Shown here piece by piece: positions 43,394-51,674 of a stretch of 64,000 bases of DNA. Positions within the stretch are counted from its first letter, which is position 1, and the number at the start of each line of letters is the position of its first letter. A model generated the notes under the pieces. The model saw nothing but the letters and a program-made list of their open reading frames with translations, made no database searches and had not been told where the DNA came from. The stretch spans positions 1,312,001-1,376,000 of the forward strand of contig CBDCOH010000002.1 of NCBI GenBank assembly GCA_965219685.1. The letters run 5' to 3'. The DNA comes from Candidatus Spongiisociaceae bacterium (lineage in GTDB: Bacteria; Actinomycetota; Acidimicrobiia; Spongiisociales; Spongiisociaceae). Position numbers and translations under genes: made by a program.

Positions 43394-43654
43394 ATGCCGG
43401 AAGTCGGAATCAGGGTCCTGCGAGACAAACTCAACTGGTACATCAGCAGGGTGCGGGAAGGGGAGGAGGTGGTGGTCACCGACCACGGCAAGGCCGTGGC
43501 TCGTATCGTGCCGATCGACAGGCCCGGTCTGATTGAGCCGCTCGTAGCTGAAGGAGTGGTCACGCCTCCCCTCGACAGGGAGCGCACTCCGCTTCGTAGG
43601 CGAATCACACTGACAGCTCCCGTATCTCCCATGATCATCGAAGATCGGCGGTGA
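43394..43654 (+). CDS. Phd/YefM family antitoxin
   Basis: VGIRVLRDKL...VREGEEVVVTDHGKAVARIVP; AGGAGG RBS. Confidence 0.9.
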   Translation: MPEVGIRVLRDKLNWYISRVREGEEVVVTDHGKAVARIVPIDRPGLIEPLVAEGVVTPPLDRERTPLRRRITLTAPVSPMIIEDRR

Positions 43655-43683
43655 TCGCCTGCTTCGACCGTGCTCACTGCTAG
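43651..43683 (+). pseudogene. Stub of a VapC/PIN toxin gene
   Basis: GTGA-coupled to the antitoxin; reads VIACFD (compare MIAYFD.. VapC starts) and stops after 10 codons. Confidence 0.55.
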
Positions 43684-43737
43684 AGCGTCGCTTCCAACGA
43701 CTCTATCGAGCAGTGTGGCGACTTCATCCAAAGTACG

Positions 43738-44112
43738 TCACGGGACCGTGATGGCCTCGGCTCTCACGCTCCGGTAGAAGGTCGTATCCCAGGTCCGCAC
43801 CTGCTCGACGGAGGACGCGTACAGCGATACCAGGCACCAGATAGACGATCGCGTAGCGAGGTCGATGTGGACGAATTTGCCCAGCTGCTCGCGGATCGGG
43901 TCGCGCCGGAGCGCCGCCGACTTCTTCACCAGCAGGATGTCGAGGTCCGACTCTGGGCACTGATCTCCTCGGGCCCGCGAGCCGTACAGCAACACATCGA
44001 CCAACTCGTCGCCGTACAACTCCCGAGCCTTGCCGGCCACCACCGCGGCTGCTTCGAGAGCATGTTCAACCGTAGGCCAGGGATCCTCGAATGCCCATTC
44101 GGTTTCTGCCAT
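43738..44112 (-). CDS. Minimal nucleotidyltransferase (MNT) antitoxin-like protein
   Basis: LYGSRARGD...SDLDILLV motif. Confidence 0.88.
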   Translation of the reverse strand: MAETEWAFEDPWPTVEHALEAAAVVAGKARELYGDELVDVLLYGSRARGDQCPESDLDILLVKKSAALRRDPIREQLGKFVHIDLATRSSIWCLVSLYASSVEQVRTWDTTFYRSVRAEAITVP

Positions 44113-44294
44113 GTTTCTCACGATACCCGGCGTGCGGGACATAGGCGTACACGGTATCTCGCGGCGCCAAGTCCGGTTGGAGACCGTCGCATCCACCAGA
44201 CTCGAAGCAGGGGAGGATCACCAGAGGGCGTTCGTGTCACATGCTGCCCTTAAGATGCCCGGATCATGAGGTCCTGCGAGATGGTGATTGCCGG

Positions 44295-44582
44295 ATGAGT
44301 TCGATTCACGAGGCTGCGTTCGAGGCTCACATCGTCGGATGGCTGGTAGAGCACGGCGGCTACCGGCGGGTGAAGACCACCAGCGAGGGCTACGAGTCCG
44401 ACTTCGACGGTAGTGCCGGGGTGGACACGGCCGACCTGTTCGAGTTCATTGCCGCCACCCAGGCCGAGCAGTGGGACAAGCTGGTGGACTCCGGCTACGG
44501 CGGGCATCCGGTCGTCGATAGGGCGAAGTTAGTGCAGCAGTTGGATTCTCAGCTCGACAAGCGCTATCACGAGGGCCCGTGA
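44295..44582 (+). pseudogene. hsdR: Truncated duplicate of the hsdR 5' end
   Basis: 44310-44563 aligns without gaps to 45507-45760, with about 32 mismatches in 254 bp by hand count; stops after KRYHEGP. Confidence 0.92.
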
Positions 44583-44613
44583 CCGGGGATTTGGACGGAA
44601 GGAAGGCGCGAGC

Positions 44614-45495
44614 GTGATGAGTCCTTATGTTCTCACCATTCGGGTGGTTTCTGGAGAACCCAATGGTGTCAGAGTGGTGGGTAAGTCGAATTGGACTGGC
44701 CGAGGAGTGACCTTTGCCCGTTCTGATCTGACAGCCGCCCGTGAGCATCTCTCTTCGCCGGGGATCTACCTGCTGATCGGCGATGATCCTGAAGGTGGCT
44801 TCGATGAACAGGTCTATGTGGGTCAGGCTGAGAAGGTCGGTACGCGACTCGGACAGCATCAGTCGAGTGACGGTATGGAGTTCTGGACGCAGACCGTGGT
44901 GTTCGTGTCGAAGGACGAGAGTCTGAATCGGGCACACATCCTGTACATCGAGTCCCTCCTCCTCGACCATGCCGACATAGCAGGGCGAGTCCGGATTGCT
45001 AACAAGACCAGGCCTCCTGCACCGACCCTATCCGAGAACACTCGCGTTGAGGCGGAGGGTTTCCTATCAGAGATGCTGACGATCCTGCCCGTACTAGGGG
45101 TGAGCGCCTTCCACAAGCCCAGTACTCCTACATCCGAGAGTCACCGTATCTACTACTTGACAGGTCTAGACGCGGCGGGCGAGGGCGTGGATCAGTCTGA
45201 TGGGTTCCTGGTGCTGGAGGGAGCGAAGGCTCGGGTCCAAGCTGTCCGTTCAATTGACAACGGTTATGGGCTCCTGCGCAAGCAGCTGCTCGATCAGGGT
45301 GCCTTCTTAAAGGAGGGCGGCGCGTACCGGTTGGTCAAAGACCATCTCTTTTCGTCGCCTAGCGCGGCGGCAGCGGCCCTACTCGGCCGTAACGCCAACG
45401 GCCGGACCGAGTGGAAAGACGCCGACGGCGTAACCCTCAAAGACCATCAAAGCGCCGACGCGGGACCAGCCCTCGACGAGAATGCAGACGAGTGA
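44614..45495 (+). CDS. GIY-YIG nuclease with C-terminal DUF4357 (RAMA-like) domain
   Basis: PGIYLL...VYVGQAE..GTRLGQH; C-terminal FSSPSAAAAALLGRNANGRTEWKD. Confidence 0.87.
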   Translation: MMSPYVLTIRVVSGEPNGVRVVGKSNWTGRGVTFARSDLTAAREHLSSPGIYLLIGDDPEGGFDEQVYVGQAEKVGTRLGQHQSSDGMEFWTQTVVFVSKDESLNRAHILYIESLLLDHADIAGRVRIANKTRPPAPTLSENTRVEAEGFLSEMLTILPVLGVSAFHKPSTPTSESHRIYYLTGLDAAGEGVDQSDGFLVLEGAKARVQAVRSIDNGYGLLRKQLLDQGAFLKEGGAYRLVKDHLFSSPSAAAAALLGRNANGRTEWKDADGVTLKDHQSADAGPALDENADE

Positions 45496-48400
45496 TCGCG
45501 GTAACCGAAGCTGCGTTCGAGGCTCACATCGCCGGGTTCCTGGTCGAGCACGGCGGCTACCGGCGGGTGAAGGTCGGCAGCGAGGGCTACGAGTCCGACT
45601 TCGACGGGGCGGCCGGGGTGGACACCGCCGACCTGTTCAAGTTCATCGCGACCACCCAGGCGGAGCGGTGGGACAAGTTGGTCGACTCGGGGTACGGCGG
45701 GGATCCGGTCGTCGCGAGGGCGAAGTTCGTGCAGCGGTTGGCTTCGCAGCTCGACAAGCGGGGAACGGTGGACGTGCTGCGGCGGGGGGTCACCGACTAC
45801 AACGTGAGGTTCCGCCTGGCCTACTTCAAGCCGGGCCACGGACTCGCTCCAGAGCTGTTGGAGCGGTACGAGGCCAACGTCTTGTCGGTCACCCGGCAGT
45901 TTCGCTACCAACCCGGGAGCAACAAGACCATCGACCTCGGCCTGTTCGTGAACGGCGTCCCGGTGGCGACCGCCGAATTGAAGAACCCGTTGACCGGCCA
46001 GAGCGTGGAACATGCGATGTTGCAGTACCGCAATGACCGGGACCCGAAGAACCGGACGCTCAAGCGGGTGGGGATGGTGCATTTCGCCGTGGATCCGTAC
46101 TCGGCGATGATGACCACCCATCTGGCGGGCAAGCAGACCCGGTTCTTGCCGTTCAACCAGGGCCACGATCTGGGGGCGGGGAATCCTCCCAACCCGGACG
46201 GGCACCGGACGTCATACCTGTGGGAGCGGGTGTGGTCCCGGGATGCGTGGATGGACATCCTGGGTCGCTTCATCCATGTCGAGAAGCCGTCGAAGGGTTC
46301 CAAGAAGCGTCCGACGGTGATCTTCCCCCGGTTCCACCAGTGGGACGCCGTCCGCCGCTTGGAGGCCGACGCCAGGGCGACCGGGGCGGGGCGCAACTAT
46401 CTGGTGCAGCACTCGGCCGGGTCGGGCAAGTCGAACTCGATCGCCTGGCTGGCCCACCGGTTCTCGTCGTTGCACAACGAAGCCGATCAGAAGGTGTTCG
46501 ACAAGGTGGTGGTGATCACCGACCGGATCATCCTCGACCGTCAACTGCAAGACGTGATCGGCCAGTTCGAGCACGCCATCGGCGTCGTGGAGTCGATAGA
46601 CAAGGACGCCGGCCAGTTGGCCAAAGCGCTGGCGGGTGAGCAGGCCCGGATCATCGTCACTACCCTCCAGAAGTTCCCGTTCGTTTTCAATCACATCGCG
46701 TCGTTGCCGGAACGCACCTATGCGGTGATCGTGGACGAGGCCCATTCATCGCAGACCGGAGAAGCGGCCAAGGACCTCCGCCGGCTTCTCGGCGTGGCCG
46801 AGGTAGACATCGGCGATGACGCCACGGATACGGAGACGTTGCTGGCCGACGCAGTGGCGGCTCGGGGTCGGCAGCCGAACCTGTCGTTCTTCGCGTTCAC
46901 GGCCACTCCCAAGGGTCGGACCCTGGAGTTGTTCGGCCAGGAGGATCCAGAGGACGGCAAGCACCATCCGTTCCACCTGTACCCGATGCGCCAGGCCATC
47001 CAGGAGGGCTTCATCGAGGACGTGCTGGCCAACTACCTCACCTACAACCGCTATTACCACCTCGAGAAGACCCTGCTAGAGGACCCCAAGTACGAGACGG
47101 CCAAGGCCCGTGCCGCGCTGGCCCGTTTCGTCAACCTCCACCCCGACAACCTGGGGCAGAGGGCCGACATCGTCGTCGAGCACTTCCTGGACAAGATCGC
47201 CCACCGGATGAAGAGGAAGGCAAAGGCGATGGTGGTCTGCTCATCCCGGCCTCACGCGGTGGGAATGTGGAAGGCGCTCCGCAAGCACATCAAACACAAC
47301 GGCTACGACCTAGGGGTCTTGGTGGCGTTCTCCGGGGAGGTGGAGAGCCTGACCGAGACCAAGGCCAACGGCTTTCCTGAATCCGAGACCGCCACCCGCT
47401 TCGATGGCGACGAGTATCAGATCATGGTGGTGGCCGAGAAGTTCCAGACCGGCTTCGACCAGCCCAAGCTGGTAGCCATGTACGTCGACAAGACCCTGAG
47501 CGACCTCGCCGCGGTGCAGACGTTGTCCCGTCTCAACCGGACCCACCCGGACAAGGACGGCACGTTCGTCCTGGACTTCGTCAACGACACCGATGACATC
47601 CGCGACGCCTTCGCCGTCTATCACGGCAAGACCGTGGCGCCACCCACCGACCCGAACCTGATGTTCGACACCCGCGACGCGCTCAACGAATTCCACATTC
47701 TGGACCCCGGCGAGATGCAGCAGGTCGCCGTGCTCATCCTGGACAGGGGAAGCAACCACGCACAGATCCACGCCGCCATGCAGCCCACGGTCGAACGTTT
47801 CAAAGCCTTGGACGAAGAGGACCAGGACATGTTCCGGGACGCCCTCACCCGCTTCGTGCGCGTCTACGGATTTCTCGCCCAGATCGTGAAGTTCTCCAAC
47901 GTGGAGCTCGAACGCGACTACATCTTCTGCCGCGCGTTGGCGAGGCTCATACGCGGCAAGCCCGGCGAGGGCATCGACCTGGGCGACGAGGTCGAACTCA
48001 CCCATCTCCGCCACGACAAGATCTTCGATGGCTCCATCTCCCTCTCCGCCTCCGAAGGTGAGGTCCAGACGATCTACTCCGGTGACGGACGCCTGGTTGA
48101 CCCCGATGAGGAACTCCTGTCGGAGATCATCGCCCGCATCAACGAACTGCACGGCACCGACTGGACCGACGACGACCGACTCGTCTTCGATACCGCCGCC
48201 AACGCCCTGGTCAAGGACGAGCACATCCAGGACCAAGCCGTCAACAACGACGAAGCCACCTTCCGCGACCACGTCTTCGCCGGCGAGTTCGAAAAGGCGC
48301 TGGTGTCCAGGGCGGACCGCTTCGGGGAAGTCGTCTACACCTACCTCGACAACAAGCAGATGCAGGCGGCAGTTATTGCTGTCTACGCGGCCAAGGTCCA

Positions 48401-48944
48401 GAAACAGGCCATCGTCGCGAAGCAGCAGACCTGCCCCATCGGCGACCTGCTCGGCCCCGACCGCGAGTCCCTCTACCTTGAGTACAAGTCCACCCTCCGC
48501 TGGGACATCAAGCAACAGCAGAAGTCCAAGCACATCGAGACCGCCGCCATCAAGACCATCGCCGGCTTCGCCAACTCCCCCTACGGAGGCACCCTCCTGA
48601 TCGGAGTAGGCGACGACGGCTCCGTCCACGGCCTCGAAGACGACTACAACACCTTCTCGAAGTACGGCCAACAAGGCAACCACGACCTCTGGGGCCAACA
48701 CCTCCAGAACCTCATCCGCAGCCGCCTAGGCGACTACGCCCTCTCCCTGGTCACCTGGCAGTTCCACAAAGTCAACGGCCAAGACCTAGCCCGCATCCAC
48801 GTCGATCCCTCAACCCACCCCATCTACGACCACAAGGGCCAGGCCGAGACCTTCTGGCACCGTACCCCCGTCAGCACGCTCGCCATCACCGACGACAACG
48901 AACGCGCCCACATCATCGCCGCCCGCTGGGGCAGCAGTGCGTGA
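45492..48944 (+). CDS. hsdR: Type I R-M restriction subunit with fused C-terminal Schlafen/AlbA_2 domain
   Basis: AELKN, HSAGSGKS, DEAH, FTATP, FQTGFD and QTLSRLNR motifs; C-terminal ESLYLEYKSTL...AGFANS..GGTLLIGVGDDG. Confidence 0.93.
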   Translation: MIAVTEAAFEAHIAGFLVEHGGYRRVKVGSEGYESDFDGAAGVDTADLFKFIATTQAERWDKLVDSGYGGDPVVARAKFVQRLASQLDKRGTVDVLRRGVTDYNVRFRLAYFKPGHGLAPELLERYEANVLSVTRQFRYQPGSNKTIDLGLFVNGVPVATAELKNPLTGQSVEHAMLQYRNDRDPKNRTLKRVGMVHFAVDPYSAMMTTHLAGKQTRFLPFNQGHDLGAGNPPNPDGHRTSYLWERVWSRDAWMDILGRFIHVEKPSKGSKKRPTVIFPRFHQWDAVRRLEADARATGAGRNYLVQHSAGSGKSNSIAWLAHRFSSLHNEADQKVFDKVVVITDRIILDRQLQDVIGQFEHAIGVVESIDKDAGQLAKALAGEQARIIVTTLQKFPFVFNHIASLPERTYAVIVDEAHSSQTGEAAKDLRRLLGVAEVDIGDDATDTETLLADAVAARGRQPNLSFFAFTATPKGRTLELFGQEDPEDGKHHPFHLYPMRQAIQEGFIEDVLANYLTYNRYYHLEKTLLEDPKYETAKARAALARFVNLHPDNLGQRADIVVEHFLDKIAHRMKRKAKAMVVCSSRPHAVGMWKALRKHIKHNGYDLGVLVAFSGEVESLTETKANGFPESETATRFDGDEYQIMVVAEKFQTGFDQPKLVAMYVDKTLSDLAAVQTLSRLNRTHPDKDGTFVLDFVNDTDDIRDAFAVYHGKTVAPPTDPNLMFDTRDALNEFHILDPGEMQQVAVLILDRGSNHAQIHAAMQPTVERFKALDEEDQDMFRDALTRFVRVYGFLAQIVKFSNVELERDYIFCRALARLIRGKPGEGIDLGDEVELTHLRHDKIFDGSISLSASEGEVQTIYSGDGRLVDPDEELLSEIIARINELHGTDWTDDDRLVFDTAANALVKDEHIQDQAVNNDEATFRDHVFAGEFEKALVSRADRFGEVVYTYLDNKQMQAAVIAVYAAKVQKQAIVAKQQTCPIGDLLGPDRESLYLEYKSTLRWDIKQQQKSKHIETAAIKTIAGFANSPYGGTLLIGVGDDGSVHGLEDDYNTFSKYGQQGNHDLWGQHLQNLIRSRLGDYALSLVTWQFHKVNGQDLARIHVDPSTHPIYDHKGQAETFWHRTPVSTLAITDDNERAHIIAARWGSSA

Positions 48945-49541
48945 CGGAAGCGCACAGATGGTCGACAACACACCGGCCGATGCCCCAACACAGTCCCTCG
49001 GTATGTACGAGCAACAACCATCCTCCCTTTATCACAACCTGCGTATGCCGTATCGGACCTGTTCGCAAGGGATCTAGTCAGTGACAGGCTTCCGGCCATG
49101 TCGAATGGCACATGGGCTAGTACGGCGAGGTCGCTCGGCCTCTCCGGCGGGCCGCTGAGGTCACGACCTCGGCAACTGACGACTAGCCATCTGCGCCAAC
49201 CGCCCTGCTCCCGTAAGTCTGGGAAGTAGACGCCTTACGGCTACTCGGTGCCTGTGGCTGAATCCCGGCTTCGGCCCAATACGCTGACACCGACCTACCC
49301 ACAGAACCAAGCCCCCACCTCGGGACAGCATCACGCCACCATTGGGCTCTCACAGTCTACGAAGAGGACGCTGACCAGCCATGCAACGCGGTCCTCACCT
49401 ACGGAGTCGCCGCCAGTGGCTAACATGGTCAAACCGGCCGTGCAACTGCGCGATTCGAGACGCGACAGGTGCGGCGGATGCGATCCGAACGAGTATGTTT
49501 GAAGATCCGCGGTCTTCCTCCCGGCGAAAGGATCGGTAACA

Positions 49542-51215
49542 TTGAAAGCCCGAGTTAGCTTCGAACAAGTCGGTATCGGTAGCCTATTAAAGCATAACCT
49601 CCTTCGAGTACCTCCGAACCAGCGCGACTACGCTTGGACTGAACGCGAGGTGGAACAGCTCTTTACAGACATCGCACTGGCGATCGGGAATGACGACGAC
49701 TACTTCCTTGGTACCATCGTAACCATCCCACGGCAAGCTACTCTAGAGGTCGTCGATGGCCAGCAGCGACTCGCGACTACCGCGATTCTCCTGTCCGCTA
49801 TACGCCTATACATGAAGGAACTTAGCGAGGACATTCTCGAGCAAGCAATACGCGAGTTTCTGATAGGTATCGACCGTCACCGACGGGAGCTCGTACCCCG
49901 AATGACGCTGAACTCCACCGATCACGATCTCTTCCGGGCAATCGTCACGAACGGCGGTGAGGACAATCTACCTCAGCCAAGCCTTGAGTCACAACGGTTG
50001 TTATTGGATGCATATAGCCACGCGCGCAAATATGTGGATAATATTGTTAGCACCCACCAATTACGTGACCATGGTGACCGCCTAAACACGTGGGTTACCT
50101 TCCTCGAAGCAAGGGCGAGTGTTATACTCCTCAAGGTCCCTGATGACTCGGACGCCTATCGGATGTTCGAGACACTCAACGATCGCGGCTTACGTACTTC
50201 ACAGGCCGACCTTATAAAGAATTTCCTGTTTGGCCGTGCAGGCGACCGAATTACTGAAGTCCAAAATTCATGGTCATTCATGCGAGGTACACTTGAGACC
50301 ATAAACGAACGCGACATTACGGTGACCTTCCTTCGCCAGGCACTGATACTTTTGCATGGGCATCTCAGAACATCCGACGTCTACAGTAAAGTCCAAGAGA
50401 CTATCAATTCGGAGAGTTCAGCCGTTAGATTTGCCTCGGATCTTGATTGGCTCGCTACAACATATGCGGCAACTCTCAATCCTGAACACAAGAAATGGAA
50501 CCCTCTTCCTCCTCAAGCTAGAGAAGCCATCCGTGTGTTTAACGTACTCAACATTCGACCACTCAGACCAACAGTGCTAGCTTCTGGTGCTCGGATAGCA
50601 GATCCGACTGAGCTAGCCAACGTTCTACAGTTCCTGCTCTCTTTAGGCGTTCGTCTGCTCATCGCTTCGTCTACGAGGAGCCAGGCTGTGGAGATGCCAC
50701 TTGCTAACGCGGCCCACTTTTTGTGGACCGGAGCGATAACGACTGCCGACCAACTCAGGAATTCGCTGAAATCTATAACTCCAAGCGATAGGGTTTTTCG
50801 AACGGCGTGTGAAACCGTGCGAGTCTGGAACGCACGTCTAGCACGTTACTATCTGAGGTCACTTGAGACAGCTGCTAAGGACGAGGACGAGCCGTGGTTC
50901 ATTCCTATTGACGACCCGACAATTGTTAATTTAGAGCATGTGCTGCCAAAGAGGCCTGGCACGAATTGGCCCCTGTTTAATGAGGATGAAGTACGCCTAT
51001 ATAGCAGTAGACTGGGCAATTTGACGCTAATGCACGCTCGCGAGAATAGTACCGTTCGTAGTGGCTCCTTCGACGAAAAGAAGCCCCTCTTCAGTCAGTC
51101 ACCATACATATTGACTAGCCAAGTGGCTAGGTATCCGGAGTGGACTGTTGAGGCGATCAACGCGCGGCAAGTGGAGTTAGCTCAACTAGCGCCCAAGGCT
51201 TGGCCCATCCGATAG
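49542..51215 (+). CDS. DUF262 + DUF1524(HNH) GmrSD/SspE-like endonuclease
   Basis: QRDYAW, VVDGQQR and FETLNDRG; C-terminal LEHVLPK...LGNLTLM...N. Visibly lower GC. Confidence 0.9.
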   Translation: MKARVSFEQVGIGSLLKHNLLRVPPNQRDYAWTEREVEQLFTDIALAIGNDDDYFLGTIVTIPRQATLEVVDGQQRLATTAILLSAIRLYMKELSEDILEQAIREFLIGIDRHRRELVPRMTLNSTDHDLFRAIVTNGGEDNLPQPSLESQRLLLDAYSHARKYVDNIVSTHQLRDHGDRLNTWVTFLEARASVILLKVPDDSDAYRMFETLNDRGLRTSQADLIKNFLFGRAGDRITEVQNSWSFMRGTLETINERDITVTFLRQALILLHGHLRTSDVYSKVQETINSESSAVRFASDLDWLATTYAATLNPEHKKWNPLPPQAREAIRVFNVLNIRPLRPTVLASGARIADPTELANVLQFLLSLGVRLLIASSTRSQAVEMPLANAAHFLWTGAITTADQLRNSLKSITPSDRVFRTACETVRVWNARLARYYLRSLETAAKDEDEPWFIPIDDPTIVNLEHVLPKRPGTNWPLFNEDEVRLYSSRLGNLTLMHARENSTVRSGSFDEKKPLFSQSPYILTSQVARYPEWTVEAINARQVELAQLAPKAWPIR

Positions 51216-51221
51216 CAGGAT

Positions 51222-51450
51222 CGCCACCCAGCGCTCTAGACAGGACGGAGTGGTCTGCGAGGGCTGCGCCGTGGACTGGGTCGACGTTCGCCACACCTCG
51301 GCTGCTGTCGATCATGGCAAAATGCGTCGCTGTCTTGCGCGAAGCTATCCAGAAGGTGACGTCATCTGGGACTTCGGCGAAGGTTCCGCCCAGGCCGAAC
51401 ATCATGCAGGGGCGGTCACTGTGGATCTTGGATTATGTCACCGCAGACCA
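51222..51450 (-). pseudogene. Decayed fragment of an acyl-CoA ligase ATP-grasp subunit gene
   Basis: MFGLGGTFAEVPDDVTFWIA...ADHSVLSRAL aligns to MFGLGGIFTEVLDDVCFRIA...ADRSALSRTL in 59619-60302. Confidence 0.85.
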
Positions 51451-51674
51451 TTGCCGTGCTCATCGGGTCAGCCGACCGGAAGGGTACGAGACTGTTCCAG
51501 AGTCGGGACGCCCTTCGTGGACAGTGACAGGGGGAGCCCAGCACCCAGTAAGAACTGATGGGTGAGGTTCAACAGAGTGACTACCGCGTTTTCCCTACCC
51601 TTGGGGATCGGCCATGATGGAGCCGGCTGGGCTAGCTTGAGTCGCCTGGCGATCGTTAAGAAGGGACGGAGCGC

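Noticed and set aside
48945-49541. 600-bp intergenic gap examined for ncRNA, repeats or small genes
   Set aside because: No repeat, tRNA-like fold or convincing ORF was recognised by eye. An Infernal/Rfam scan would be needed to exclude an RNA.
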